A stretch of DNA of 48,244 nt from Actinomycetota bacterium (GCA_009886115.1 VFJJ01000123.1:1-48244), one strand, 5' to 3'. Shown: positions 37,088-46,786, numbered from the stretch's first letter. Notes: generated by a model from the letters alone, not told the origin. Program-made: numbers and translations.

Positions 37088-38326
37088 GTGGGCCTCCTCC
37101 GCCGCGACCGGCGTCTCCAGCGGTACCTGGTGTGTGAGTCGATCTCGGCGATCGGGTCGTGGGCGACGCTCATCGCCCTCTGGGGAGCAGCTGGCTACCG
37201 CTTCGACGCCGGCGCCGCAGGGGTGACGCTCATCGGGCTGGGCTGGTCGATGCCGGCCCTGGTGCTCGGACCCGTCGTCGGGGCGGTGATCGACCGGATC
37301 GGTCCACGCCGGGTACTCGTTGCCTCGCAGGCGGTCGCCCTCCTCACCTCGCTGTCGATGACCCTTGCTGGCTCGTTCGCGACGTTGGTGGTGCTGGGCT
37401 TCGTCAATGGCTGCTGCTCGGCGTTCGCCCATCCGGCGATGGCGGCGCTCCCGCCGAGGATCGTCGACCCCGTCGACGTGGCGTCGGTCAACGCCCTGGT
37501 GCGACTCACGCACAGCCTGGCGATCGTCGTCGGCCCGGCGCTGGGGGGCGCGGCGATCGCCACGGTGGGTGTCGACGGGGCGTTCCTCGTCGACGCAGCG
37601 ACGTACCTCGTGGGCATCGTCGGCGTGGTGCAGCTCGGTCGGCGAGAGGATCGGGCGGGCCAACGCACGGCCGATGCGGGACCGAGACCGTCGATGTGGC
37701 GCGACGCAGGCGACGGGCTGCGTCTGGCCCGCGCCAACCCCATGGTGCGCCGCCTGATCGGGCTGAACGCGGCAGTCGGCGTGCTCTACGGCTCCGCGAT
37801 CGTCCTGGAGCCGCTCTACGTGCGCACGGTGCTGCACGAGCCGGCATCCACCTTCGCCCTGTTGCAGTCGGTCTTCGGCGTCACCCTGCTCGGTACCGGG
37901 CTCCTCGCGGTCCGCCATGCCGAGCGGCTGGCCCGGGTGCGCCACGTCGCTCTCTCGGTGATCGCCTCGGGAGCGTTCGCCATTGTGTATCTGGGTTCAC
38001 GCTCGGTCGTCGTCGCGTTCATCGGGGTCGCGTGCTGGGGCGTGGCCACGGCCTTCATCGGGGCGCCCGTGGCGACGCTGTTGCAGCGGGCGACGCCCCC
38101 ACAAGCCCACGGTCGGATCATGGCGCTCGACCGGTCCGTCGATGCCGCGATGAAGATGCTCGCCACGGTGGTTGCCGGGATCCTGAGCGGTGTCGCCGGG
38201 GTCCGCGTTGCTGCATTGGTGCTCGCCAGCGTCACGGTGATCGTGGGCCTGGCCGGGCTCGTCCGGCGGGTCGAAGGTGGTGCCGGCACACCCGAACCCG
38301 TGGTACGCGCCAGAATCACGCTGTGA
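37088..38326 (+). CDS. MFS transporter (H+ antiporter / macrolide-efflux-like)
   Basis: About 12 TM segments and motif A GAVIDRIGPRRV. Confidence 0.88.
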   Translation: MGLLRRDRRLQRYLVCESISAIGSWATLIALWGAAGYRFDAGAAGVTLIGLGWSMPALVLGPVVGAVIDRIGPRRVLVASQAVALLTSLSMTLAGSFATLVVLGFVNGCCSAFAHPAMAALPPRIVDPVDVASVNALVRLTHSLAIVVGPALGGAAIATVGVDGAFLVDAATYLVGIVGVVQLGRREDRAGQRTADAGPRPSMWRDAGDGLRLARANPMVRRLIGLNAAVGVLYGSAIVLEPLYVRTVLHEPASTFALLQSVFGVTLLGTGLLAVRHAERLARVRHVALSVIASGAFAIVYLGSRSVVVAFIGVACWGVATAFIGAPVATLLQRATPPQAHGRIMALDRSVDAAMKMLATVVAGILSGVAGVRVAALVLASVTVIVGLAGLVRRVEGGAGTPEPVVRARITL

Positions 38327-39993
38327 CGCGACGATCGCATCCCCGTTCCATCGTGGTCATGGCATTCGCGGCCGTGCTGGCCCTGCTCGCCTCGGCCTGC
38401 GGTGACGACGACGATGATGATGGCGCCACCGTTCCCACGTCCGGCCCCTCCGAAGCGGCGGCAACCGCCGCGACCGCGGCGACTGATCCGGTCGCGGCGG
38501 TTGAGGCGCTCGACGACGTGTTCGAGCCGGCGGTCCTCACCGTCGCTGTCGACACGACGGTCACGTTCACGAACAACGGCCGCAACGAGCACGACGTCCT
38601 GCTCGCAGCCGCGGTCGAGGGGGCCGAGGGCTTCGGTGCCGACCGCTCGTCCTTTGTTCCCAAGGGCGGGACGTACAGCTACCAGTTCGAGTCGGCGGGG
38701 ACGTTCGCCTACTACTGCTCGATCCACGGCACGCCCACTGCGGGCATGACGGGCACCGTGATCGTGGGCGACAGCGGTGAACCGCCGACGGTCGAGGCCA
38801 CGACCCTCACCACGGCCACCCCCGACACCTCGGTGGACGGCGTGGTGCGGGTGCCCGAGGACTTCGACACCATCCAGGCGGCGGTCACGAACGCGGTCGA
38901 GGGCGACCTGATCCTCGTGGCGCCGGGGGAGTATCACGAGTCGGTCGCGGTGGAGACCCCGAATCTCACGATCAGGGGCCTCGACCGCAACGCGGTGATC
39001 GTCGACGGCGACTTCGCGCTCGACAACGGCTTCAAGATCCTGGCCGACGGGGTGGCCGTCGAGAACCTGACCGTCCGGAACTTCACCGAGAACGGATTGT
39101 TCTGGAACGGCGTGAGCGGCTACCGGGCGTCGTACGTCACCGTCTACCGCAACGGCGACTACGGGATCTTCGCGTTCGACAGCTACGACGGGCAGTTCGA
39201 CCACTCGTACGCCTCGGGTAGCCCCGACGCCGGCTTCTACATCGGCGGCTGCTACCCCTGTAACGCCGTCGTCACCGACGTCGTCGCCGAGTACAACGGG
39301 CTCGGCTACAGCGGCACCAACGCCGGCGGGAAGGTCGTCATCGCCAACTCGGTGTGGCGCCACAACCGGGCCGGCATCGTTCCCAACTCGGGCGACTACG
39401 AACCCAACCCGCCCGCCCGCGAGAGCATCATCGTCGGCAACCTCGTGTACGACAATGGCGATCCGTCGACTCCGGCGATCGAGATCGCCGGGGTTGTCCA
39501 CGGGAACGGAATCCTGGTGGCCGGCGCGGTCGACATCTCGATCGTCCGCAATCGGGTCATCGGCCATGAGTACTTCGGGATCACCCTGCTGCCGTACCTC
39601 GACGAGAACAACTACCTGCCGCAGCGCAACATCGTGCGTGACAACGTGATCTCGGAGTCGGGCGTCGCCGACCTCTCGATGGCGGCCAACCCCGATGCCG
39701 GAAACTGCTTTGCCGGCAACACGTTCTCGACGAGCCTGCCCCGCTTCATCGAGCGCGACGCGCCGTGTGACGGAGACGAACCGCTGGTGGCCGAGTTCGA
39801 CGGTGCGATCGACTTCGCCGGCACGATCCTGGCGGTCCATCCGCCCTCGACCGACTACAAGGTCTCGCCCGTTCCGCCCACCCAGGCCCCGATGCCGGGT
39901 GCGGCGACCGCACCGGCCCGTCCGGCAACCGACGCGCCCGAGCCCATCGACGTCGACGCCATCGAGCTACCCGCAGCCCCCACCGACCGCTGA
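38323..39993 (+). CDS. Lipoprotein with a type-1 copper cupredoxin domain and a right-handed beta-helix domain
   Basis: Lipobox LASA|C; H(DV)...YYCSIHG....GM copper ligands; VPEDFDTIQAAV and repeated beta-helix (PbH1) segments. Confidence 0.85.
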   Translation: MTRRSHPRSIVVMAFAAVLALLASACGDDDDDDGATVPTSGPSEAAATAATAATDPVAAVEALDDVFEPAVLTVAVDTTVTFTNNGRNEHDVLLAAAVEGAEGFGADRSSFVPKGGTYSYQFESAGTFAYYCSIHGTPTAGMTGTVIVGDSGEPPTVEATTLTTATPDTSVDGVVRVPEDFDTIQAAVTNAVEGDLILVAPGEYHESVAVETPNLTIRGLDRNAVIVDGDFALDNGFKILADGVAVENLTVRNFTENGLFWNGVSGYRASYVTVYRNGDYGIFAFDSYDGQFDHSYASGSPDAGFYIGGCYPCNAVVTDVVAEYNGLGYSGTNAGGKVVIANSVWRHNRAGIVPNSGDYEPNPPARESIIVGNLVYDNGDPSTPAIEIAGVVHGNGILVAGAVDISIVRNRVIGHEYFGITLLPYLDENNYLPQRNIVRDNVISESGVADLSMAANPDAGNCFAGNTFSTSLPRFIERDAPCDGDEPLVAEFDGAIDFAGTILAVHPPSTDYKVSPVPPTQAPMPGAATAPARPATDAPEPIDVDAIELPAAPTDR

Positions 39994-40001
39994 GGGATCA
40001 C

Positions 40002-40706
40002 ATGACCGTCTCGATCACCACGCCGCTCACCGACGAGGAGGCCCGGGTGCTGGGCTGCCTGATCGAGAAGGCCGTCACGACGCCCGAGTACTACCCGCTC
40101 ACGCTCAACGCCTGTACCAGCGCGTGCAACCAGACCTCGAACCGCAACCCTGTCGTGCATTACTCCGACGGCGAGGTGCAGACGGCCCTCCTCGCCTTAC
40201 GGGAGAAGGGATTGGCGCGGACGGTCAGCGCGCCGGGTAGTCGCGGACCCAAGCAGAAGCACGTCCTCGAAGAAGCGCTGGCGCTCGATGCCGCCGGCGT
40301 TGCGGTGCTGGCGATCCTGCTGCTGCGTGGCCCGCAGACGGTCGGTGAGATCAAGGGCCGCACCGAGCGCATGCACGGTTTTGGCGGGCTGGGCGCGGTC
40401 GAGTCGACGCTCGAAGATCTGGCCGGACGGTCCGAGCCGCTGGTGGTACGCCTGCCCCGACAGCCCGGCCAGAAGGAGGAGCGCTGGGTGCACCTCCTCT
40501 CGGGGATGCCCGATCTCGACGCGCTCTCGGCATCGGCGGCAGCTGCGGCCGAATCGGCCTGGTCCGGTGGGGCGGCGATCGCCCCATCCCGTCCGGCTCC
40601 TCGCGATGAACGGCTCACGCAGCTCGAGGCCGATCTGACCGCCACGCGTGACGAGCTCGCCCGGCTGCGGGCCGAGTTCGACGAGTTCAAACGATCGTTC
40701 GAATGA
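40002..40706 (+). CDS. YceH/DUF480 family protein
   Basis: EARVLGCLIEK..TTP.YYPLTLNA...ACNQ.SNR.PV, LLLRGPQT.GE and GQKEERW.HLL motifs. Confidence 0.9.
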   Translation: MTVSITTPLTDEEARVLGCLIEKAVTTPEYYPLTLNACTSACNQTSNRNPVVHYSDGEVQTALLALREKGLARTVSAPGSRGPKQKHVLEEALALDAAGVAVLAILLLRGPQTVGEIKGRTERMHGFGGLGAVESTLEDLAGRSEPLVVRLPRQPGQKEERWVHLLSGMPDLDALSASAAAAAESAWSGGAAIAPSRPAPRDERLTQLEADLTATRDELARLRAEFDEFKRSFE

Positions 40707-40778
40707 CAGCCGCCGGGCCCCGTCGACAGGTCGCCGCGCTCGCGTGAGCAGGCGCGAGCAAGGCTGGGGGCGTGGAAC

Positions 40779-41513
40779 GTGAGCAGTGCGACGCCGGTTG
40801 AACCTGAGCCGACCCCGTGGTCGTTCCCGTCGGTCGCCGACATCGAATCAGCCGAGGACGAGGTCGTCGGTGTCGGGGCCGACCTGGCCCCGGGAACGTT
40901 GCTCGCGGCCTATCGCCGAGGACTGTTTCCCATGCGGCTCAAGCGCAAGGGCCCGCTGGGCTGGTGGTCGCCCGATCCCCGCGGCGTCATCCCGCTCGAC
41001 GGCTTCCACTGGTCGCGCTCTCTGCGGCGCTCGGCCCGGAGCTACAGGGTGAGCGTCGATCGCGATTTCGTCGCGGTCATGCTCGGCTGCGCCGACGGTC
41101 GTCGCGCGCACGGCTGGATCGACGGCGCGTTCGTCGAGGCCTATTCCGAGCTGCACCGGCTCGGATGGGCTCATTCCGTCGAGGTGTGGACCGCCGACGG
41201 TCGTCTGGCCGGTGGCACGTATGGTGTTTCGATCGGCGGCCTGTTCGCCGCCGAGTCGATGTTCCGCAACCTCGACCTGGGTCCGGCTTCGACCGACGCG
41301 GGCAAGGTGGCTGTCGGTCGGCTCAGCGATGTGCTTCGAGGGAGAGGGGCCGCCCTGCTCGACGTCCAGTGGGCGACGCCGAACCTCGTTCGTCTGGGCG
41401 CGATCGAGGTCCCACGCTCGGCGTATCTCGAACACGTTGCCGCGGCGGTCGCTGCGCCCGCCATCCCCTTCCAACTGTCAGCGTCAGACCCCGGATACGG
41501 GGCCCCACGCTGA
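40779..41513 (+). CDS. aat: Leucyl/phenylalanyl-tRNA--protein transferase
   Basis: LLAAYRRGLFPM, WWSPDPR, GWAHSVEVW and FAAESMF motifs. Confidence 0.92.
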   Translation: MSSATPVEPEPTPWSFPSVADIESAEDEVVGVGADLAPGTLLAAYRRGLFPMRLKRKGPLGWWSPDPRGVIPLDGFHWSRSLRRSARSYRVSVDRDFVAVMLGCADGRRAHGWIDGAFVEAYSELHRLGWAHSVEVWTADGRLAGGTYGVSIGGLFAAESMFRNLDLGPASTDAGKVAVGRLSDVLRGRGAALLDVQWATPNLVRLGAIEVPRSAYLEHVAAAVAAPAIPFQLSASDPGYGAPR

Positions 41514-41526
41514 CAGTTGAGGGATC

Positions 41527-43674
41527 TCAGTTCGGAGCGTCGGACGGGGGTGTGGGTGTGGCCGGGGCCGGCTGCGCTGTGGCTGCCATCGCGGCCGCAG
41601 CCTCTCGAACCGGTGTCGCTTCTGGCGAGGCGCCGCCGGGTGCGTCGGTACCCGCTGGCCCCGTTGGCACTGGCCCCGCTGGCTCCGCCGGCACTGGGGG
41701 CACTGGGGGCACTGGGGGAAGCGCGGGACGGGAGCCGATGCCGAAGTAGCGCATCAGTGTGGCGGCGAGGCCCTCGACCGCGCCGCCGCCTCCGGTGACG
41801 AGCACCTCGGGCACGATGGTGAGCCGGCCGTCAGCGACGGCGTTGGCGATGGCGACGACGGCCGTGGCCTGTGTTCCCAAGGCTTCGCGCTGAGCCTTGA
41901 AGCCCTCGGCCCGGGCCAACCCGAGGGCCTCGACGGCCTTGGCCTCGGCGAGACCCAGAGCCTGGACCTTGGTCGCCTCGGCTTGACCGGTGCGCTCGAC
42001 GAAGGCGGCCTCGCCCTCGGCCTCGGCCTTGCGGGCCTCGGAACGGTTGCGGTTGATGTCGATCGAGACCTGCGAAGTGGCCAGCTGGCCCTGCATGTCG
42101 GCGGTCCCCTTGGCCTTCTCGACGTTGATGCGGGCGGTCTGGGCGCGCTCTTGCTCCTCGAACGTGGCCTTCTCCTGCTTGGCGATCTCTCGCTGGGTCA
42201 GCACGGTCACGAGCTCGGCGGGGAACTGCACGTTCTGGATGTACACGCCGCGGGTCTCGACCTCGTAGGCGCTCAGATAGCGCGAGACGGCATCGAGCGC
42301 GGTCTGCTGCACCTGCATGCGGGTCTCGATGAATCGAATGGCTTCCTGGTCCTGGAGCGTGTTGCGGAAGTGGTTCCCGACCGCTGACGAGAGAACCTCG
42401 TTGACGAGGTTCAACATCGTGCCCACCATCGAGATCACCTTGGGGGCCTTGGTGTCGGGCACGTGGATCTGCACCTGCAGCTCGATCGTGAACACGAAGC
42501 CCTCACGGCTCTTGCCCTCGATGGGCGCCAGGTTGGCGTCGAGCGAGTGCGCCGACGAGACCAGGTTCGACCAGTTGAGCGTGAGGATCGAGGTGGGCAC
42601 GATCTCGGCCGCGTAACAGCGGGGGTTGATGGGGTACTTGCCCGTCCGCAGGGGCTCGGCCCAGATCCCGCGATGGCCGGGAGCGACGATCGAGCCGAAC
42701 TTGAAGTCGGTGCCCGAGGTGTCGAGGGTGGGGAGGCCCACGAACGCCTTGACCACGGCCACCTCGCCCTGCTGGACCAGGAGCATCGGTGTGAGCTCGA
42801 CCTGGATCAGGAACGGGTTGAGGAGGTACGCCCCGTAGAGCAGCGGGTCGTGCTGGAGGCCGATCTTCCCGCCGGCGTCCATGAACTTCTGGAAGTCCTG
42901 GTAGTTGTTGTGGAGCGTGTTCTTGTTGCCGAGCAGGATCTCGATGATCGCCGCTGGCATGGCGTCGGCGGCTTCCATCGCCGAGACATCGTCGTAGCCC
43001 CCGAGGCGCGATGCGATGTCGCCCGAAAGCAGAGGCTCGCCTTCGAGCGCGGTGACGATGCCCATCACGTCGGCGTTGCCGACGGGCGCGATGACCACGA
43101 CCTGGAGCTGCTCGTCGGTGAGCCCGAACGAGTCGGCGCCGAGCAGCCCACCGGCCGACGCCGCCCGGGCGTGCAGGTCAGGTGAGACGGGCATGCCGTA
43201 GATGGCGTGCGCCGTCAGCACGAGGAAGGCCACCGGGTGGATCGGCACGAGCGTGCCGGGAGGCAGCACCGGGCGCTGCACACCCTTTTGGCCACCGCCG
43301 TCGAGGAACGCCCGAAGGTCGGTGAAGTTCCCGAACGTGGGGTTGTAGAACGCGCTCTTGGCCCCGATGGGCAACGGACCGCCCACCTGGGAGATGACGA
43401 CGCCGATCTCGCCTGCTGGCACTTGCACCCACGGGAACTTCTGGACGCCGTACATGGGCCAGATCTTGAACCGGAGGCCCGGCATCATCAGCTCGGCCTG
43501 AAAGCCGGCTTCCCCGTTGAAGGCGATCGGGTCGTCGTCGGTGAGCTTCTTGAACCCGAAGCGCTTGTTGAGCAGACCCACCTCGGACGGGCCGATGGAG
43601 TGCAACGACTTGAACACCGTGACGACGAGCAGAAGTACGACAACGCCGGCGAAGATGGCGATCGCCAGTCCCAT
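41527..43674 (-). CDS. Large SPFH/band-7/flotillin-like membrane protein
   Basis: N-terminal TM helix, SPFH region, AEAE-rich coiled coil and Pro-rich tail. Confidence 0.85.
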   Translation of the reverse strand: MGLAIAIFAGVVVLLLVVTVFKSLHSIGPSEVGLLNKRFGFKKLTDDDPIAFNGEAGFQAELMMPGLRFKIWPMYGVQKFPWVQVPAGEIGVVISQVGGPLPIGAKSAFYNPTFGNFTDLRAFLDGGGQKGVQRPVLPPGTLVPIHPVAFLVLTAHAIYGMPVSPDLHARAASAGGLLGADSFGLTDEQLQVVVIAPVGNADVMGIVTALEGEPLLSGDIASRLGGYDDVSAMEAADAMPAAIIEILLGNKNTLHNNYQDFQKFMDAGGKIGLQHDPLLYGAYLLNPFLIQVELTPMLLVQQGEVAVVKAFVGLPTLDTSGTDFKFGSIVAPGHRGIWAEPLRTGKYPINPRCYAAEIVPTSILTLNWSNLVSSAHSLDANLAPIEGKSREGFVFTIELQVQIHVPDTKAPKVISMVGTMLNLVNEVLSSAVGNHFRNTLQDQEAIRFIETRMQVQQTALDAVSRYLSAYEVETRGVYIQNVQFPAELVTVLTQREIAKQEKATFEEQERAQTARINVEKAKGTADMQGQLATSQVSIDINRNRSEARKAEAEGEAAFVERTGQAEATKVQALGLAEAKAVEALGLARAEGFKAQREALGTQATAVVAIANAVADGRLTIVPEVLVTGGGGAVEGLAATLMRYFGIGSRPALPPVPPVPPVPAEPAGPVPTGPAGTDAPGGASPEATPVREAAAAMAATAQPAPATPTPPSDAPN

Positions 43675-43731
43675 GGAACGTTGCTCCTTGTCGGCACCGA
43701 TCTCGATGGAGGATCGATCGCGGCGCGAACG

Positions 43732-44559
43732 CTACGCCTTCGGGGAGTCTCCGGTGAACAGATCGTGCACGACGGCGATCGGCTCCCCGAGCGGGCGGGG
43801 ATACCCGTAGCGGATGTAGAACTCCCAGCCGAACGACTCGGCGAACACCTCGACCGGCATCTGCATGAAGAACGAGGTCTCGTCGATCTGGCTGGCATGC
43901 GCCGCCATGGCCTGGCGCTTGCGCGGCGCATGCTCGCGGACGTCGACCGCGTGGGTGATGCGCTCCTCGGGCACGCCGAAGTCGTCGTCGAACTCATCGA
44001 TCTCCAGCATGCCCTCGGGCATCTGGCCACCGTTGCTCTCGGCGGCTGCGCGCATGAGTCGCTCGAAATGGGCCCGGTTGATGGTGGCCTCGTACACCTC
44101 GGTGACGCCGGCGATGGCTGCGGCCCGGAGTCCGACGCGGTGCACCTGGATGTGGTCGGGATGGCCGTAGCCGCCGTTGTCGTCGTAGATCGTGAGCACG
44201 TCGGCGTCGACCTCGGTGAGGATGGCGGCCAGTCGCTGCGCTGCCTCCTCGACGTCGGCCTGCCAGAAGCAGTCGGGGCGCTCGGTCGTGGGCGTCGCCT
44301 TCATCCCCGAGTCGTGGTAGCCCAGGAACTCGACCCGCTCGGCCCCGAGCACCGCCGCCGCGTCCGCGGACTCCGTGCTGCGCCGGTCGCCCAGGGTCTC
44401 GCCGGGTTCGAGGAACCCGTCGGCCACCTCGCCGACCTCGCCCCTGGTCGCCAGCACCAGCACGACCCGGTGCCCGTCGGCCGCGGCTCGCGCCATCAAC
44501 CCGCCCGTGGCGATCGACTCGTCATCGGGATGGGCATGGAAACAGACCAAGGTGGGCAT
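43732..44559 (-). CDS. MshB/Mca-like PIG-L family deacetylase
   Basis: FHAHPDDE, ATRGEVGE, DSGM, GGYGHPDHIQVH and AHASQ motifs. Confidence 0.88.
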   Translation of the reverse strand: MPTLVCFHAHPDDESIATGGLMARAAADGHRVVLVLATRGEVGEVADGFLEPGETLGDRRSTESADAAAVLGAERVEFLGYHDSGMKATPTTERPDCFWQADVEEAAQRLAAILTEVDADVLTIYDDNGGYGHPDHIQVHRVGLRAAAIAGVTEVYEATINRAHFERLMRAAAESNGGQMPEGMLEIDEFDDDFGVPEERITHAVDVREHAPRKRQAMAAHASQIDETSFFMQMPVEVFAESFGWEFYIRYGYPRPLGEPIAVVHDLFTGDSPKA

Positions 44560-44607
44560 CCCGGAAATCATGACGCGCCATCGGTGGCCATCCGGCACCA
44601 TGGCCCG

Positions 44608-45419
44608 ATGGCGCCCTCGACGCATCGCCATTGGCCCCTCTTCGACCTACGGATCCGAACGCCCCGATTGGAGCTCCGACTTCCGAGCGATGCCGACCTG
44701 TTCGCTCTGGTTGACCTGGTGCTCGGCGGGGTGCATGACCCGGCCACCATGCCGTTCTCCGTGCCGTGGACGGATCTCCCGCGTCCCGACCTCGAACGTG
44801 GCGTCCTGCAGTACCACTGGGATCCCGGGCTGCATGGAAGCCAGGCGTGTGGGACCTTGGGCCGGCCGTCGTGCTCGGCGACGAGATCGTGGGGCAGCAG
44901 TCGCTGCACGGGCCGCGGTTCGGGCACGTGGGTGAGATCAGCACCGGCTCGTGGCTGGGCCAGCGATTCCAAGGGCGGGGGATAGGCCGTGAGATGCGCG
45001 TAGCCGTCGTGGACTTCGCGTTCTCCGTTCTGGGCGCCCGCGAGGTCGTCTCAGCAGCGAGGGTCGACAACGCCGCATCGAACGCCGTCTCCCGCGGCTT
45101 GGGCTACGAGGAGAACGGTCGCTACCTCGACGCTCCTCGTGGCGTGCCGGTTGAGTTCCTTCATTGGCGACTGACCCGATCTCGGTGGCTCGAGCTGCGC
45201 GAGCGTTACGGCGTTCCCGTCACGGTGACGGGTGTCTCCGAGTGCCTCGAGATGTTCGGCGCGCCGTCGGCCCAGGATGCCGCGACCGACGACGTCGATC
45301 GGAAGTTACGAGCGCTGCAAGTGGCCATGACCCACGAGTACCCCACCGGCGACATCGAGGACATGCTCGCCGAGATCGAGCGGGGCCGTGGCGATGGTGC
45401 GGCCGGGAACGAGCCGTAG
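44608..45419 (+). pseudogene. Rv0802c-like GNAT acyltransferase split by a 1-nt frameshift at about 44820, with a VapB-like C-terminal extension
   Basis: One frame reads HWPLFDLRIRTPRLELR...GVHDP..MPFSVPW...QYHW; the second continues GSRAAW...TGSWLG.RFQGRGIG.EMR...DNAAS..VSRGLGYEENG. One extra G in GGG 44819-44821 joins them. This could be an assembly error. Confidence 0.8.
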
Positions 45420-45430
45420 GCTCACCAGCC

Positions 45431-45877
45431 ATGCTCGCGATCTCCGTGGTGAGGCTCGATCCAGATCTCCCGCTTCCTGGGCAGGCCAACGACGGTGATG
45501 CTGGCTACGACCTCGTCGCCCGGGAAGGCGTCGTGCTCGCGGCCGGCGGTGGACGAGCGGCCATCCCCACCGGCATCGCGCTGGCGATCCCGCCCGGCTT
45601 CGCCGGGTTCGTCCTGCCACGCTCGGGCCTGGCGCTGCGCCACGGCGTCACCTGCGCCAACGCCCCCGGCCTGATCGACGCCGGGTACCGCGACGAGCTG
45701 CGGGTGATCCTCGTGAACCTCGATGTGACTCACAGCTACGAGGTGCACCGGGGTGATCGAATCGCCCAGCTCGTCATCCAGCGCTTCGAGGCTGTCGCCT
45801 GGCATGAGGTCGGCTCGATCGTCGAGCTCCCCGTTTCCGACCGGGGACAGGGCGGCTTCGGCTCGTCCGGCCGCTGA
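45431..45877 (+). CDS. dut: dUTP diphosphatase
   Basis: DAGYDL, PRSGLA, NAPGLIDAGYR, GDRIAQL and RGQGGFGSSG motifs. Confidence 0.95.
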   Translation: MLAISVVRLDPDLPLPGQANDGDAGYDLVAREGVVLAAGGGRAAIPTGIALAIPPGFAGFVLPRSGLALRHGVTCANAPGLIDAGYRDELRVILVNLDVTHSYEVHRGDRIAQLVIQRFEAVAWHEVGSIVELPVSDRGQGGFGSSGR

Positions 45878-45941
45878 CGCGCGAGCCCCCGGACAAGTTG
45901 ACGGGCCGGCGAAGGGCGTTTGCTAGAGTCGCACCGTTCAT

Positions 45942-46017
45942 GCGGACGTGGCTCAGCTGGTAGAGCATCACCTTGCCAAGGTGAGGGTCGCGGGTTCGAA
46001 TCCCGTCGTCCGCTCCA
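45942..46017 (+). tRNA. tRNA-Gly (GCC), CCA encoded
   Basis: 76 nt with acceptor stem GCGGACG/CGTCCGC, anticodon arm TCACC-TTGCCAA-GGTGA, T-loop TTCGAAT and 3' TCCA; TGC-TAGAGT extended -10 upstream. Confidence 0.97.
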
Positions 46018-46030
46018 CAGAAGCGCAGCT

Positions 46031-46054
46031 CAGGGGCCATTTCGGTGGCCCCTG
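46031..46054 (+). terminator. Hairpin downstream of tRNA-Gly
   Basis: CAGGGGCCAT-TTCG-GTGGCCCCTG. Confidence 0.65.
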
Positions 46055-46204
46055 GTTCGCGTCTGGAGCGTCGAATCGGATTTCCATCTCGCGTCCATCC
46101 CGCGAGCGGATCATCGGGCCGGTCGCGGTTCCGGCGATGGATCGACCGGTCCGCACGTATTGAGCCCTTGCGAGGCTGACAGGCTGCAGAGCTGCGGTCG
46201 CCCG

Positions 46205-46630
46205 ATGATCATCCCCACCGGCCTCATACAGCTCGGGATCGAGCGAGCCGTCAGCAACTACCGAGAGATGCGTGGGGCGTTCCGCGTCTACGTGTCGTCG
46301 TCGGACGGGCGCAGCATGGTCAGTCGCTGCAACCTGAGCTTCGTCTCGACCGACGACGGGCCCGGCCTCGCGCTCGTGGTCCGCGATCGGGACAGCGACG
46401 AGCGGTCCCTGATCATCCTGGGGTCGTCGATGACTGGAGCCGTTGCGCGATTGTTCGTGTTCCGCAAGGACGAGCTCTCGATCCGTCTGGCTGACGGCAC
46501 GATCCTTCGGATACGGGACCTGGCGGACCAGGGCGACATGCGCGAGGTCGCGCTGTTGCTTCGGAAGTGGTGCGGCGTCGACGTGCTCAAAGCGCGCCGC
46601 TTCAGTCCCCGTTCAGCGATCGACTCGTAA
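46205..46630 (+). CDS. Hypothetical island protein (beta strands plus C-terminal helix, PH-like pattern)
   Basis: Open frame MIIPTGL...IDS with protein-like composition; the start is uncertain. Confidence 0.5.
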   Translation: MIIPTGLIQLGIERAVSNYREMRGAFRVYVSSSDGRSMVSRCNLSFVSTDDGPGLALVVRDRDSDERSLIILGSSMTGAVARLFVFRKDELSIRLADGTILRIRDLADQGDMREVALLLRKWCGVDVLKARRFSPRSAIDS

Positions 46631-46786
46631 GGACCAGAGGGCGCCCGCGTCCAAGCGCCGCAGTGGCTACCGAGACGCTCGCTGGTCGCCGTCGCATCCG
46701 TCGCACGCTGCTACCCGCCTACGTTCGCCTCCGGCACGTGTATCGGGATCGCGGCTGGGGCACCACGCGAGCCCCAGAGGACGGTG

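Noticed and set aside
34748..37945. 1065-aa minus-strand ORF as a single protein
   Set aside because: Only the last 278 codons (DUF3097) are protein-like; the rest overlaps yaaA, the NUDIX gene and the MFS gene.
41690..41718. GGCACTGGG x3 as a regulatory repeat or G-quadruplex
   Set aside because: Explained by PPV repeats in the Pro-rich tail of the SPFH protein.
45920..46204. N-terminal extension of the 236-aa ORF across the tRNA
   Set aside because: It overlaps the tRNA and its terminator; the plausible start is near 46205.
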